From assembly GCA_964501965.1 (NCBI GenBank), contig CAZCVM010000003.1, positions 1 through 42,806 on the forward strand: 42,806 nucleotides of DNA, read 5' to 3'. The notes beneath the pieces are model-generated. The model searched no databases and was not told the DNA's origin. It saw only the letters and a list, made by a program, of their open reading frames with translations. The position numbers and the translations under genes are program-made. Below, piece by piece: positions 1 to 7,727 of the stretch; the stretch's first letter is position 1; each line of letters starts with the position of its first letter. The DNA is from an uncultured Leptospiraceae bacterium (GTDB lineage: Bacteria; Spirochaetota; DYNZ01).

Positions 1-268
1 GTGCGTTTTTTAGCAAATCCGGATATTGAATATTGTGTATTTCATGATTTCCTGAAAAATCAAATTGCTTTTTCAGCTTGGCCAACAAGTGGATGGAATA
101 TCTCAATGATTTACTGGGTATGGTTCCCCTATGCGTACTACTGCCGCCTAAGCGAGGCATTTGTTCAATTAAGGCGACTTTTTTCTGAGCCTTTGCCGCT
201 TGCAGGGCAGCACCTTCTCCGCCCGGGCCGCTCCCAATTACAATAATGTCATACATTTCAGGTTTCAT
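1..268 (-). CDS. sthA: Soluble pyridine nucleotide transhydrogenase (flavoprotein disulfide reductase family), 5' part; runs off the window edge
   Basis: Not in ORF track. Manual translation from ATG at 268: MKPEMYDIIVIGSGPGGEGAALQAAKAQKKVALIEQMPRLGGSSTHRGTIPSKSLR, matching the SthA N-terminus (GSGPGGEGAA FAD loop; GGxxTHxGTIPSK). Starts 7 nt after the asnB stop. Confidence 0.85.
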   Translation of the reverse strand, partial: MKPEMYDIIVIGSGPGGEGAALQAAKAQKKVALIEQMPRLGGSSTHRGTIPSKSLRYSIHLLAKLKKQFDFSGNHEIHNIQYPDLLKNA

Positions 269-275
269 ATTATTC

Positions 276-2231
276 TCAAATAGTTGGTGTCACATCATTG
301 GATACAAACAATCCATGCAAAATTTGTAAACCCAATATATGGTTCAACAAGGCGTCTTTGCGTATCAAAGAAATCGAATCCGTATCTTTTTTGTAGTCTG
401 CCATAAATTGAGCAACTTTCTGTTGATCATATATTCCGGTTTGTTTCAAAGCTTGAGTACTTAAAAAACGATCGGTCAATGAGGCCAAAGCCTGTACTTT
501 TTTTTCATCCGTATGTCCAGGAGGAGCCATAAAAGCAAATTTTTCTCGTTTGTACAATACTTCGGGCAATACTCCTTTGACTGCTTCGCGCAAAATATAC
601 TTTTCTGTATTGCCCTTAATACGCAAAGTATGGGGCACAGTAAAGGCTAGCTGAGCCAGATGATGATCCAAGAAGGGCGGCCTAGATTCCATAGAATTTG
701 CCATATCAACTCTATCCCCGCCCCAATTCAATATCTGTCCTTCGAGCATTGTTTTGATCCAGGTATACTGAACCTGATCCAATGGATGCCTGCCCAGCAA
801 TTTATCTGGCTCAAATTGACCGGCTATGGCTGCAATGGGATCATAATCTGCCAATTCTTGCCGTATATCCGGATGCAATAACTGCCTAGCTTGTTCCAAA
901 GTCAGCATCCAGGTTTGTATCCAAGATGGTGTAAAACCCATTAAGTCATTGAAGGCTGGATGCGATACTTGTTTTTCAGATAAAATAGATCCGGTAAAAA
1001 CTTTGTTTCCTTTGTTCCATAAATCCCGATACTGTTTTCCTTCCGGCGCGTGCAAAAACCAATCTCTTTTAAAAAATGGATACCCGGCAAACAATTCATC
1101 CGAACCCTCTCCAGTAACAACTACCTTAAAGCCAGATTCTTTGACTCGCCTGCTCATGTGCCATTTTGCAACACCTAGAGTATTATAAAAAGTTCTTTCT
1201 GAATGCCATAAAGAACGAATATAATAATCACCGTACAGTTCATTGGCAGACAATTTCAATATTTCTTGGTCCGCGTTCATGGATTGGGCCATTTCTATGG
1301 CTATCTGCGATTCGTCATAATCGCCATGATCAAAACTTATCGTATATGCTTTGACCGGCGACTGCTGTGCTCCGGTCGCTAAACCCAAAATACAACAGCT
1401 ATCAATACCGCCGGAAAGGTAACAACCAACAGGTACATCCGCTTCCAAGCGCAATGTTACAGCTTCAATCAATTCAGCACGAACTTTTTCAATCCATTCT
1501 TGTTCATCAAATGTTTCCGGAAATTGGTCCACAGTTGGGAAAACAGCATCCCAATACTGTCTGTCTTCTATATGCAAATTGTTTCCACGCCTTTCCACAA
1601 TAAGCATGTGTCCCGGACGCAGTGCATGAATATCCTGGAATAATGATGTGCCCGGCACCATAGTCTGCATCAGTTGGTGTATTATTGCCTGATGATTCAT
1701 TTTTTGCGGTACTTGTGGATGCGCCAACAAGGATTTTACTTCAGAGCCATAAAAGAAATCTTTACCATTGTGATAATAGAACAATGGCCGAACCCCAAAA
1801 CGGTCGCGAACTAGTATGAGACGCTGTTTTTTCTTATCAAATAACGAAAACGCAAATTCTCCGCGCAAATGTTTTGTAAATTCTTCCAGTCCCAGCATTT
1901 CATATAAATTGATAATGAGTTCACTATCGGTTTTTGTGGTAAAGTGCTCACCACGACTCATAAGGTCTGCACGTATTCTTTTATAATCATAGATTTCTCC
2001 ATTAGCTGTTAATACAATGGATTTGCTTTTATTGTATAAAGGCTGATCCCCTGTATACAGGTCTATGATTGACAATCGATCATGCCCCATTATTAAACCG
2101 TCATCAATGTCTTCATGGTATCCACGGCTATCAGGACCACGATGATGAATAGCTTCCAACATAGGGTGAATATTTTGTTGGTCGCTATCTTGCAGGGCAT
2201 GATGCAGCCAAAATCCAGTTATGCCACACAT
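276..2231 (-). CDS. asnB: Asparagine synthase (glutamine-hydrolysing)-family amidotransferase
   Basis: N-terminal MCGI (Ntn Cys), HRGPD, RLSIID, NGEIY, RDRFGVRPLF, LSGGIDS ATP loop, TGEGSDELFAGY, MESRPPFLD. True substrate may not be aspartate. Confidence 0.93.
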   Translation of the reverse strand: MCGITGFWLHHALQDSDQQNIHPMLEAIHHRGPDSRGYHEDIDDGLIMGHDRLSIIDLYTGDQPLYNKSKSIVLTANGEIYDYKRIRADLMSRGEHFTTKTDSELIINLYEMLGLEEFTKHLRGEFAFSLFDKKKQRLILVRDRFGVRPLFYYHNGKDFFYGSEVKSLLAHPQVPQKMNHQAIIHQLMQTMVPGTSLFQDIHALRPGHMLIVERRGNNLHIEDRQYWDAVFPTVDQFPETFDEQEWIEKVRAELIEAVTLRLEADVPVGCYLSGGIDSCCILGLATGAQQSPVKAYTISFDHGDYDESQIAIEMAQSMNADQEILKLSANELYGDYYIRSLWHSERTFYNTLGVAKWHMSRRVKESGFKVVVTGEGSDELFAGYPFFKRDWFLHAPEGKQYRDLWNKGNKVFTGSILSEKQVSHPAFNDLMGFTPSWIQTWMLTLEQARQLLHPDIRQELADYDPIAAIAGQFEPDKLLGRHPLDQVQYTWIKTMLEGQILNWGGDRVDMANSMESRPPFLDHHLAQLAFTVPHTLRIKGNTEKYILREAVKGVLPEVLYKREKFAFMAPPGHTDEKKVQALASLTDRFLSTQALKQTGIYDQQKVAQFMADYKKDTDSISLIRKDALLNHILGLQILHGLFVSNDVTPTI

Positions 2232-2270
2232 AAAATACTCCTTTAATTATTAACTTTGCTAAATAAAATA

Positions 2271-3377
2271 TTATTTGATTAGCATTCGGGCAGGTAAAAA
2301 ATCAAACCTATTGAGCATGGAAATCAATAATGCTTGTCGAACATACACAGCCCCATGCGCTTGTGTAAAATACAAATTGTGATCTGTGTTGTCCAATGAA
2401 GTACTCAATTCATCCAATCGGGCAAGCGGATGCATTACTACTGTATTGGGTTTGAGCTGACTATTTTTACTTAATTTAAATCTTTGATCCAAAGACTTGT
2501 AGCTGTCACCTAAATAAGTAATGGAATTCATATAAATAACATCCATATCTTCCAATACTTCCTGAATATCAGATGTGGCATAAAACGGAATACCAGAATC
2601 TTTCACCTTTGCCATTTCTTCATCTCCTAGAGGTTCCGCCATTTCTGAAATAATCGTTATTTTTTTTATTGCTGTTTTAAAGAATAAACTCATAAGTAAA
2701 AAACTTTTCACCGCCCGCATACTTCCCGGCGTGCCAATGATGCCAAGATGAATTTTTCTGTCTTCCGCAATATAGTCATTTTCTAGGTCTGGTCTCCATT
2801 TTAGCAAAGCATACCAATCAGCTAAAGCCTGAGTCGGATGCTCTCCGGTTCCATTGCCGGCATTGATCAGCGGTAAACGCAAATTTTGAAGCATTCGTTG
2901 AGGTGCGTTGGTTTCTGTATGACGCATAATAACTAAATCACCATAAGCATTGAACATTTCACCGATATCCTCTAAAGATTCTCCCTTGGCTACACCGGTT
3001 TGTTTACCATCCGGGATAGAAACAATCTTGCCATCCAAACGCAATACCGCACTTTCAAAAGATAACCTGGTACGTGTACTTGCTTCAAAAAAAGCAGTAA
3101 TAATAATTTTTCCGTCCAAAGGATGACTGGATGCCACTTCTGTCGCCTGCAGCAAAGCAGCAAATTTGCTTATTTCTAAAATCATGGTTTTATCCAATTG
3201 ATTAACGGCTATCAATGATTGCCCAGCTAGTTTGCGCAGCTGTGTAAAGTCAATGCGCTGTTCAGGATTTAACTTGTTGGGATCAGGATTCAATCCATTA
3301 GAATCCATTGGATTTGTCGTATTATCATGGGGACCTGAAATTTTATCCACAAAATCACTCCTTAAATTTTTGGCCAA
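2271..3377 (-). CDS. Aspartate carbamoyltransferase-like transcarbamylase with altered acceptor site
   Basis: FFEASTRTRLSFE, KGESLED, MRH, NAGNGTGEHPTQ and HPLAR are present; the canonical YMTRxQxER is replaced by YMNSITYLG. TTG start uncertain. Confidence 0.9.
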   Translation of the reverse strand: MAKNLRSDFVDKISGPHDNTTNPMDSNGLNPDPNKLNPEQRIDFTQLRKLAGQSLIAVNQLDKTMILEISKFAALLQATEVASSHPLDGKIIITAFFEASTRTRLSFESAVLRLDGKIVSIPDGKQTGVAKGESLEDIGEMFNAYGDLVIMRHTETNAPQRMLQNLRLPLINAGNGTGEHPTQALADWYALLKWRPDLENDYIAEDRKIHLGIIGTPGSMRAVKSFLLMSLFFKTAIKKITIISEMAEPLGDEEMAKVKDSGIPFYATSDIQEVLEDMDVIYMNSITYLGDSYKSLDQRFKLSKNSQLKPNTVVMHPLARLDELSTSLDNTDHNLYFTQAHGAVYVRQALLISMLNRFDFLPARMLIK

Positions 3378-3427
3378 AAAATTTACAATATTTTTTTCCA
3401 GTTTGGCTTATCTTTGCTAAAACAATT

Positions 3428-3553
3428 CTACCAAATTTTTTTCTTAACCAAATCTATAATAAATAGTACCAGTAGGGTAGTCGCTCCCAATGCTGTAAGC
3501 AATAAGCTGGCATAAACAATAAAACTAAAAAATGAATAAGGAAATAACATCAT
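3428..3553 (-). CDS. Small single-pass membrane protein (41 aa)
   Basis: Not in ORF track. Manual translation MMLFPYSFFSFIVYASLLLTALGATTLLVLFIIDLVKKKIW*; GAGG RBS upstream; sits between symporter and transcarbamylase. Confidence 0.75.
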   Translation of the reverse strand: MMLFPYSFFSFIVYASLLLTALGATTLLVLFIIDLVKKKIW

Positions 3554-3571
3554 TGACCTCTATATATCAAC

Positions 3572-4990
3572 TCATTCAGACAATTTATCCCATGAGAAAT
3601 TGTCTGGCTTAATTAAAGTAAAAGATACCACAATGATCATAGATACAATTGTGCCAACAAGAGAGGCCGCATACCACCCGATGACAAAATAAGCAATCAA
3701 ACCAATCACTGTACCGCAAATCAAGGCCCAAAACGCACCATCTGGACTTGCTTGTTTCCAATAAAGACCTATCAGTATGGGAAAAATTGTACTTCCTACC
3801 ATGGGCCCGGCAAAGAATAATACTGAGGCCAAAGTGCCAATACGCGGTAAACAAAAAAGCCAGGTTACCAAACCCAAAGAGATGATAATAATTGCTGTGG
3901 CTTTGCGCAATTGTTGATCTGTGACATCTTTTTTAATCAAACGCTTATAAACATCTTCTGCCAACAAATCAGAAGTAGCAGCCAACAAACTGTCAATACT
4001 CGAAGCTAAAGATGAAAATATCACGATAAAGACCACCACTGCGCCAATTTTTCCTAGAACCGTGGCAGCCAACAAAGGTCCCACCATATCAGGACTCACT
4101 ACATTGACACCAAGTGTGCCACTGGCAAGAGCAATAAATCCGGCTGCGATAGGTATGGGAAACCAAAAAAAAGCTGCCAATGTATATGCTTTTTGCCCGA
4201 CACCAGTATCCATAGCGAACGCTCTGCTCCACCAGACATTACTATGAAAGATTTCTCCTACGCCAAACATTAAGTTGTTGAAAAGAGCAATCAACGCCGC
4301 TGGCAACAAAACCGTAATCAACGCCGGCTGATCCATTTTGAGATTGTTGTAAACCTGGGATATATCAACTTTATCCAATACAGCAAAGCCGACAATAACA
4401 GTGCCAATAAGGATAATAATGCTTTGAATAAAATCTGTTCCAATCACGGCGTACATTCCGCCAAATAACGTATAAAGAACACATACAAGCAAGATCACTG
4501 TCATGCCTATAGCATACGGGATACCTGCTAAAGTATATAACAATATACCTCCTGCCATAGCCATACTAATAAGCCATGTAATACTATAAAAAAAAGAAAT
4601 AAACAAAAAAATCAGCCATACTCTTTTTCCATATCTTTGTAAAATAAAATCACCGCTGGTAATGCCTTTGGGCATGAGAGATTTGATTCTTTTGGCCATA
4701 GGAGCAAACATAAATAAACCAATAGAAGCGGTAGAATATGCCAGCATACCCCATATCCCAAGCTGCAATGCAAATTGGGGTGCAAGCATTGTTGTATTGG
4801 AAGTGACCCAGGTAGCCATCGCTGTCGCACTCCCAAGAGCTAGGCCTACCTTGCGCCCGGCCAACATATAACCATCTAAATTTTTTGCCTTTTTCCCCCA
4901 AAGTACTCCAATAAATACCCATAATGCGCCAAGCACTATAAGTATGATCATACCGAGTGTTTCATCTAATATTGCTGAATGAAATTTCAT
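3572..4990 (-). CDS. Sodium:solute symporter (SSS/SLC5 family, Dur3/PutP-like)
   Basis: About 13 hydrophobic segments; YMLAGR, ATWV, YTLFGGMYAVIGTDFIQ and SSLASSIDSLL are SSS motifs. Confidence 0.92.
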   Translation of the reverse strand: MKFHSAILDETLGMIILIVLGALWVFIGVLWGKKAKNLDGYMLAGRKVGLALGSATAMATWVTSNTTMLAPQFALQLGIWGMLAYSTASIGLFMFAPMAKRIKSLMPKGITSGDFILQRYGKRVWLIFLFISFFYSITWLISMAMAGGILLYTLAGIPYAIGMTVILLVCVLYTLFGGMYAVIGTDFIQSIIILIGTVIVGFAVLDKVDISQVYNNLKMDQPALITVLLPAALIALFNNLMFGVGEIFHSNVWWSRAFAMDTGVGQKAYTLAAFFWFPIPIAAGFIALASGTLGVNVVSPDMVGPLLAATVLGKIGAVVVFIVIFSSLASSIDSLLAATSDLLAEDVYKRLIKKDVTDQQLRKATAIIIISLGLVTWLFCLPRIGTLASVLFFAGPMVGSTIFPILIGLYWKQASPDGAFWALICGTVIGLIAYFVIGWYAASLVGTIVSMIIVVSFTLIKPDNFSWDKLSE

Positions 4991-5004
4991 AATAAAATCT
5001 TTTT

Positions 5005-5030
5005 TTAATAGTTATTGTTAATAGTTATTT
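5005..5030. repeat. 13-bp tandem duplication TTAATAGTTATT(G/T) x2
   Basis: Read directly in the intergenic gap upstream of the symporter. Confidence 0.7.
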
Positions 5031-5072
5031 AAAAGAGAATTGCTTTGTCAAATATATGTATGATTGTTGATT

Positions 5073-5657
5073 TCATGTTGTTAGATCGTTTTTTCTTGAG
5101 CCAATAATCAATAATACAACCAAAACAATGAATAAAAATGCTCCCATAAAAAACAATGTCCAGGTCAGAGCCCAGGAATGATAACTCACTTCGATAGAAT
5201 GAGAATTGGACCAAGATGTTTTATTCTTAGATGAATCTGGATGATATGCACGCACTCGAAAAAAGTGTGTTCCTTCGCTCAATCCTGAAACAAAAGAAGC
5301 TCTATCCGGGCCGCGATAAATTGTTTTGTTATGGGAAAAATCCGGCAAGCTACTTTGCTGCAATATATATTGAATCGGTTGACTATTGGTTGTTTTTTTA
5401 TTTTGTTTGTGGTTCTGGAAAGCTGATTCAGATAGTTTCCATTTGAGCTGTGCGTATCCGGCAGATACTTTTTTTGCTGTATCATGAAAGAATATTTGTT
5501 TTTGGGGATCGCCTGATTCTAAGCTAGACAAAATATCTATACTTACAAAGGCCAAAATCAAAAACAAGGCAACTCTTACTATGTTTTTTGAAAAAAAGAT
5601 GCAAATAACCCTTTGTCTGCACTTTCGTTTATTTAGTTTTTCAAACAATAAAACCAT
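5073..5657 (-). CDS. Membrane-anchored exported protein with a fibronectin type III-like domain
   Basis: N-terminal hydrophobic stretch; FnIII-like pattern LKW...YILQQS...YRGPD...VSGLSEGTHFFRVRA...WSNS; C-terminal TM helix. Start uncertain. Confidence 0.7.
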   Translation of the reverse strand: MVLLFEKLNKRKCRQRVICIFFSKNIVRVALFLILAFVSIDILSSLESGDPQKQIFFHDTAKKVSAGYAQLKWKLSESAFQNHKQNKKTTNSQPIQYILQQSSLPDFSHNKTIYRGPDRASFVSGLSEGTHFFRVRAYHPDSSKNKTSWSNSHSIEVSYHSWALTWTLFFMGAFLFIVLVVLLIIGSRKNDLTT

Positions 5658-5665
5658 TGAATGAC

Positions 5666-5693
5666 ATTATTTCATTTTCGCATAAAATGTCTA
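5666..5693 (-). promoter_or_regulatory. Candidate sigma70-type promoter for the 5657-to-1 operon
   Basis: Minus strand TAGACA-N16-AATAAT with TG just upstream of the -10 box. The AT-rich context makes this weak. Confidence 0.3.
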
Positions 5694-5788
5694 GGACTTT
5701 TTAAAAGTATTATTACTCAAATAGTTGACAATTTTTGACATGATTTTAGTAAATAATAATAGTTTTGTTAAGTATAAATGGCTAATGA

Positions 5789-6223
5789 TTACAATATGCG
5801 GGATAAAAAATCTTCAGGGATTGGCGAGATTTTTTTTTCTTGTATGTCTATAAAAACAATCGTTGTTCGTGCCAGACAAACAAGGCTTTTGGGGATGTTT
5901 TCTTCTAATAAATATAAAGCATAATACATTGCACAGCTAGAACGCGAAACATCGTCCACAGCAATCCTGCACTCCAATGTCTGACCATAAAGAACTTGTT
6001 GCTTGTATTCTATTTGGGCATCTTTAATTAATATCCCGTGGCCGCTGATATCGGTTTCCGAATAATTCATAGATCGCAAATATTGTATCCTTGCTTCGTG
6101 TAGTATCGTTAAAAAAGAATCATTGCCCAGGTGACCACCATAATTGATCAAGCCTATGTGCACGTTCAATTGCGTGGTGAACAAGACTCTTTTTTTAGGA
6201 AAAGATAAAGAATATTTTTTCAT
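5789..6223 (-). CDS. Acyl-CoA thioesterase, hotdog fold (4HBT/YbgC-like)
   Basis: INYGGHLGNDSFLTILHEAR motif; typical length and C-terminal PIPEDF. Confidence 0.85.
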   Translation of the reverse strand: MKKYSLSFPKKRVLFTTQLNVHIGLINYGGHLGNDSFLTILHEARIQYLRSMNYSETDISGHGILIKDAQIEYKQQVLYGQTLECRIAVDDVSRSSCAMYYALYLLEENIPKSLVCLARTTIVFIDIQEKKISPIPEDFLSRIL

Positions 6224-6283
6224 AAAAACCTACAAATGACTACCCTGTTGGATTATTTTTTTTTGGGGACAAAGAAAAAATGC

Positions 6284-6613
6284 TTACCAGGGAACATCTT
6301 CTTCTGATTTGTACAAATTGAAAAAGCTTTTTATTCCAGCCATATCCAATGCCTGCTCCAATTTCAAAGAGACATTGACAAAGGCCATCTCGCGATTGGC
6401 CAAAATCATTTTTTTTTGCAAAGAAACAAACGCGCCAATGCCGGAAGCCTCTATATGCTCCAATGATGCTGTATCTAACACAATATGTTTTTCTGATTCC
6501 GCGATTATTGCGGTAAGCTCTTTTTGAAAATCGTGAATATTGTTCAAATCAATATTTCCGGCAATGGATACCCATTGATATTTTTCTTTAATCTTACTCT
6601 CTATTTTTGTCAT
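6284..6613 (-). CDS. STAS-domain anti-sigma factor antagonist (SpoIIAA/RsbV-like), atypical
   Basis: IAGNIDL...IVLDTASLEHIEASGIGAF. Start moved to the in-frame ATG at 6613, which has an AGGG RBS. Confidence 0.85.
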   Translation of the reverse strand: MTKIESKIKEKYQWVSIAGNIDLNNIHDFQKELTAIIAESEKHIVLDTASLEHIEASGIGAFVSLQKKMILANREMAFVNVSLKLEQALDMAGIKSFFNLYKSEEDVPW

Positions 6614-6767
6614 ATTTTTTACCCTAAATAACATTAAAAAATAAATGGAAGATGTCAACATTTTTTTTTACTTGATACTCTAGCCTATCAATCAAAAAGA
6701 TAAACCATTCAGTCAAGAAAAAATAGACAAAAATAAAAAAAATGAGAAATAGAAAAATAGGACATTT

Positions 6768-7628
6768 ATGCAAACAGAAGATATTATAAGTCATATCCAA
6801 AACACAAAAAATCAAATTGTTGCGCAATTGCGCTCTATAAATTCAAATGAAGAGAATTTTCCGAAATGCGCATTTATCACTATTTGGGACTTTGACGGAA
6901 CCATACTCAAGGGGGATTGTTCCGAAGGCCTTCAGCAACAAGGTAAAACTTTGTATCCGGGTTTTGTAGAATACGCTATAAAAAATGGACTATCCAAAAA
7001 ATTTCAAGGCAAGCAAGGATTTGATCAATTTTGGCAAGAATATAAAAAAATGGAACAACTCAGCCATGAACAAGCTTATATTTTTATGCCGCAAGCTTTT
7101 GCCGGTCAAAAAGTCATGGTTTTAGAAGAGCACGCACGACAACATTTCCAAACCATGAAAGACTATTATTTTGTGGATAGTTTACAAATTTTGCAAAAAT
7201 TGCAATCAGATGACATCTATACCATTGTCATTTCTGCCAGCGCGGATTTTATTGTCCGTGCTGGTTCCAGCACTGTGGGCATACCAGAAAGACATCTTTA
7301 TGGCATTGAAATGGAAACCGAGCTGGAAATGGGTAGCCATATTGTTACAGAAAAACCCATTTTGCCCATCACTTATGGCACAGGCAAAACTCACAAAATG
7401 AACAATATCATCAGTCAAATGCGAAAAGATTATGATCAAATTTTTGTACTAGCTGGCTTTGGCAATAGCTACCACACGGATGGATACTTTCTCAAAGCAA
7501 TATTAGAACAAAAAATACCAAAAGGAAAGCCAATATCCATTATGATTAATGGAGGCACAGCTCCGCAAACTTATGAAAACCAATTTATTGAAATAGAATA
7601 CAAAAAAACTATTGCAGATCAATTGTAA
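6768..7628 (+). CDS. HAD-superfamily hydrolase (subfamily IB-like phosphatase)
   Basis: Motif I WDFDGT, motif II VISAS, motif III Lys in GTGK, motif IV GFGNSYHTD. Confidence 0.85.
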   Translation: MQTEDIISHIQNTKNQIVAQLRSINSNEENFPKCAFITIWDFDGTILKGDCSEGLQQQGKTLYPGFVEYAIKNGLSKKFQGKQGFDQFWQEYKKMEQLSHEQAYIFMPQAFAGQKVMVLEEHARQHFQTMKDYYFVDSLQILQKLQSDDIYTIVISASADFIVRAGSSTVGIPERHLYGIEMETELEMGSHIVTEKPILPITYGTGKTHKMNNIISQMRKDYDQIFVLAGFGNSYHTDGYFLKAILEQKIPKGKPISIMINGGTAPQTYENQFIEIEYKKTIADQL

Positions 7629-7727
7629 TTTTTTCTTGAAAAATATGCAATTGCGCTTTGCTTGCCAGCCCAAAAGCGATAAATTTAATGGTAAAAGAAG
7701 AATTCATAAATACCCAGGGAGAAAAGA

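Noticed and set aside
1-246. 81-aa plus-strand ORF in the track
   Set aside because: It is the antisense shadow of the sthA-like gene on the minus strand.
2271-3377. Calling this gene pyrB
   Set aside because: Aspartate-specific residues are missing and no pyrimidine genes are adjacent, so the symbol is withheld.
5029-5076. 15-codon ORF MKSTIIHIFDKAILF overlapping the FnIII stop (ATGA) as a possible leader peptide
   Set aside because: No regulatory codon run or attenuator hairpin, and it is out of frame with the symporter; probably chance.
7629-7727. T-box or other leader upstream of thrS
   Set aside because: Only ~100 nt, with no T-box consensus or terminator.
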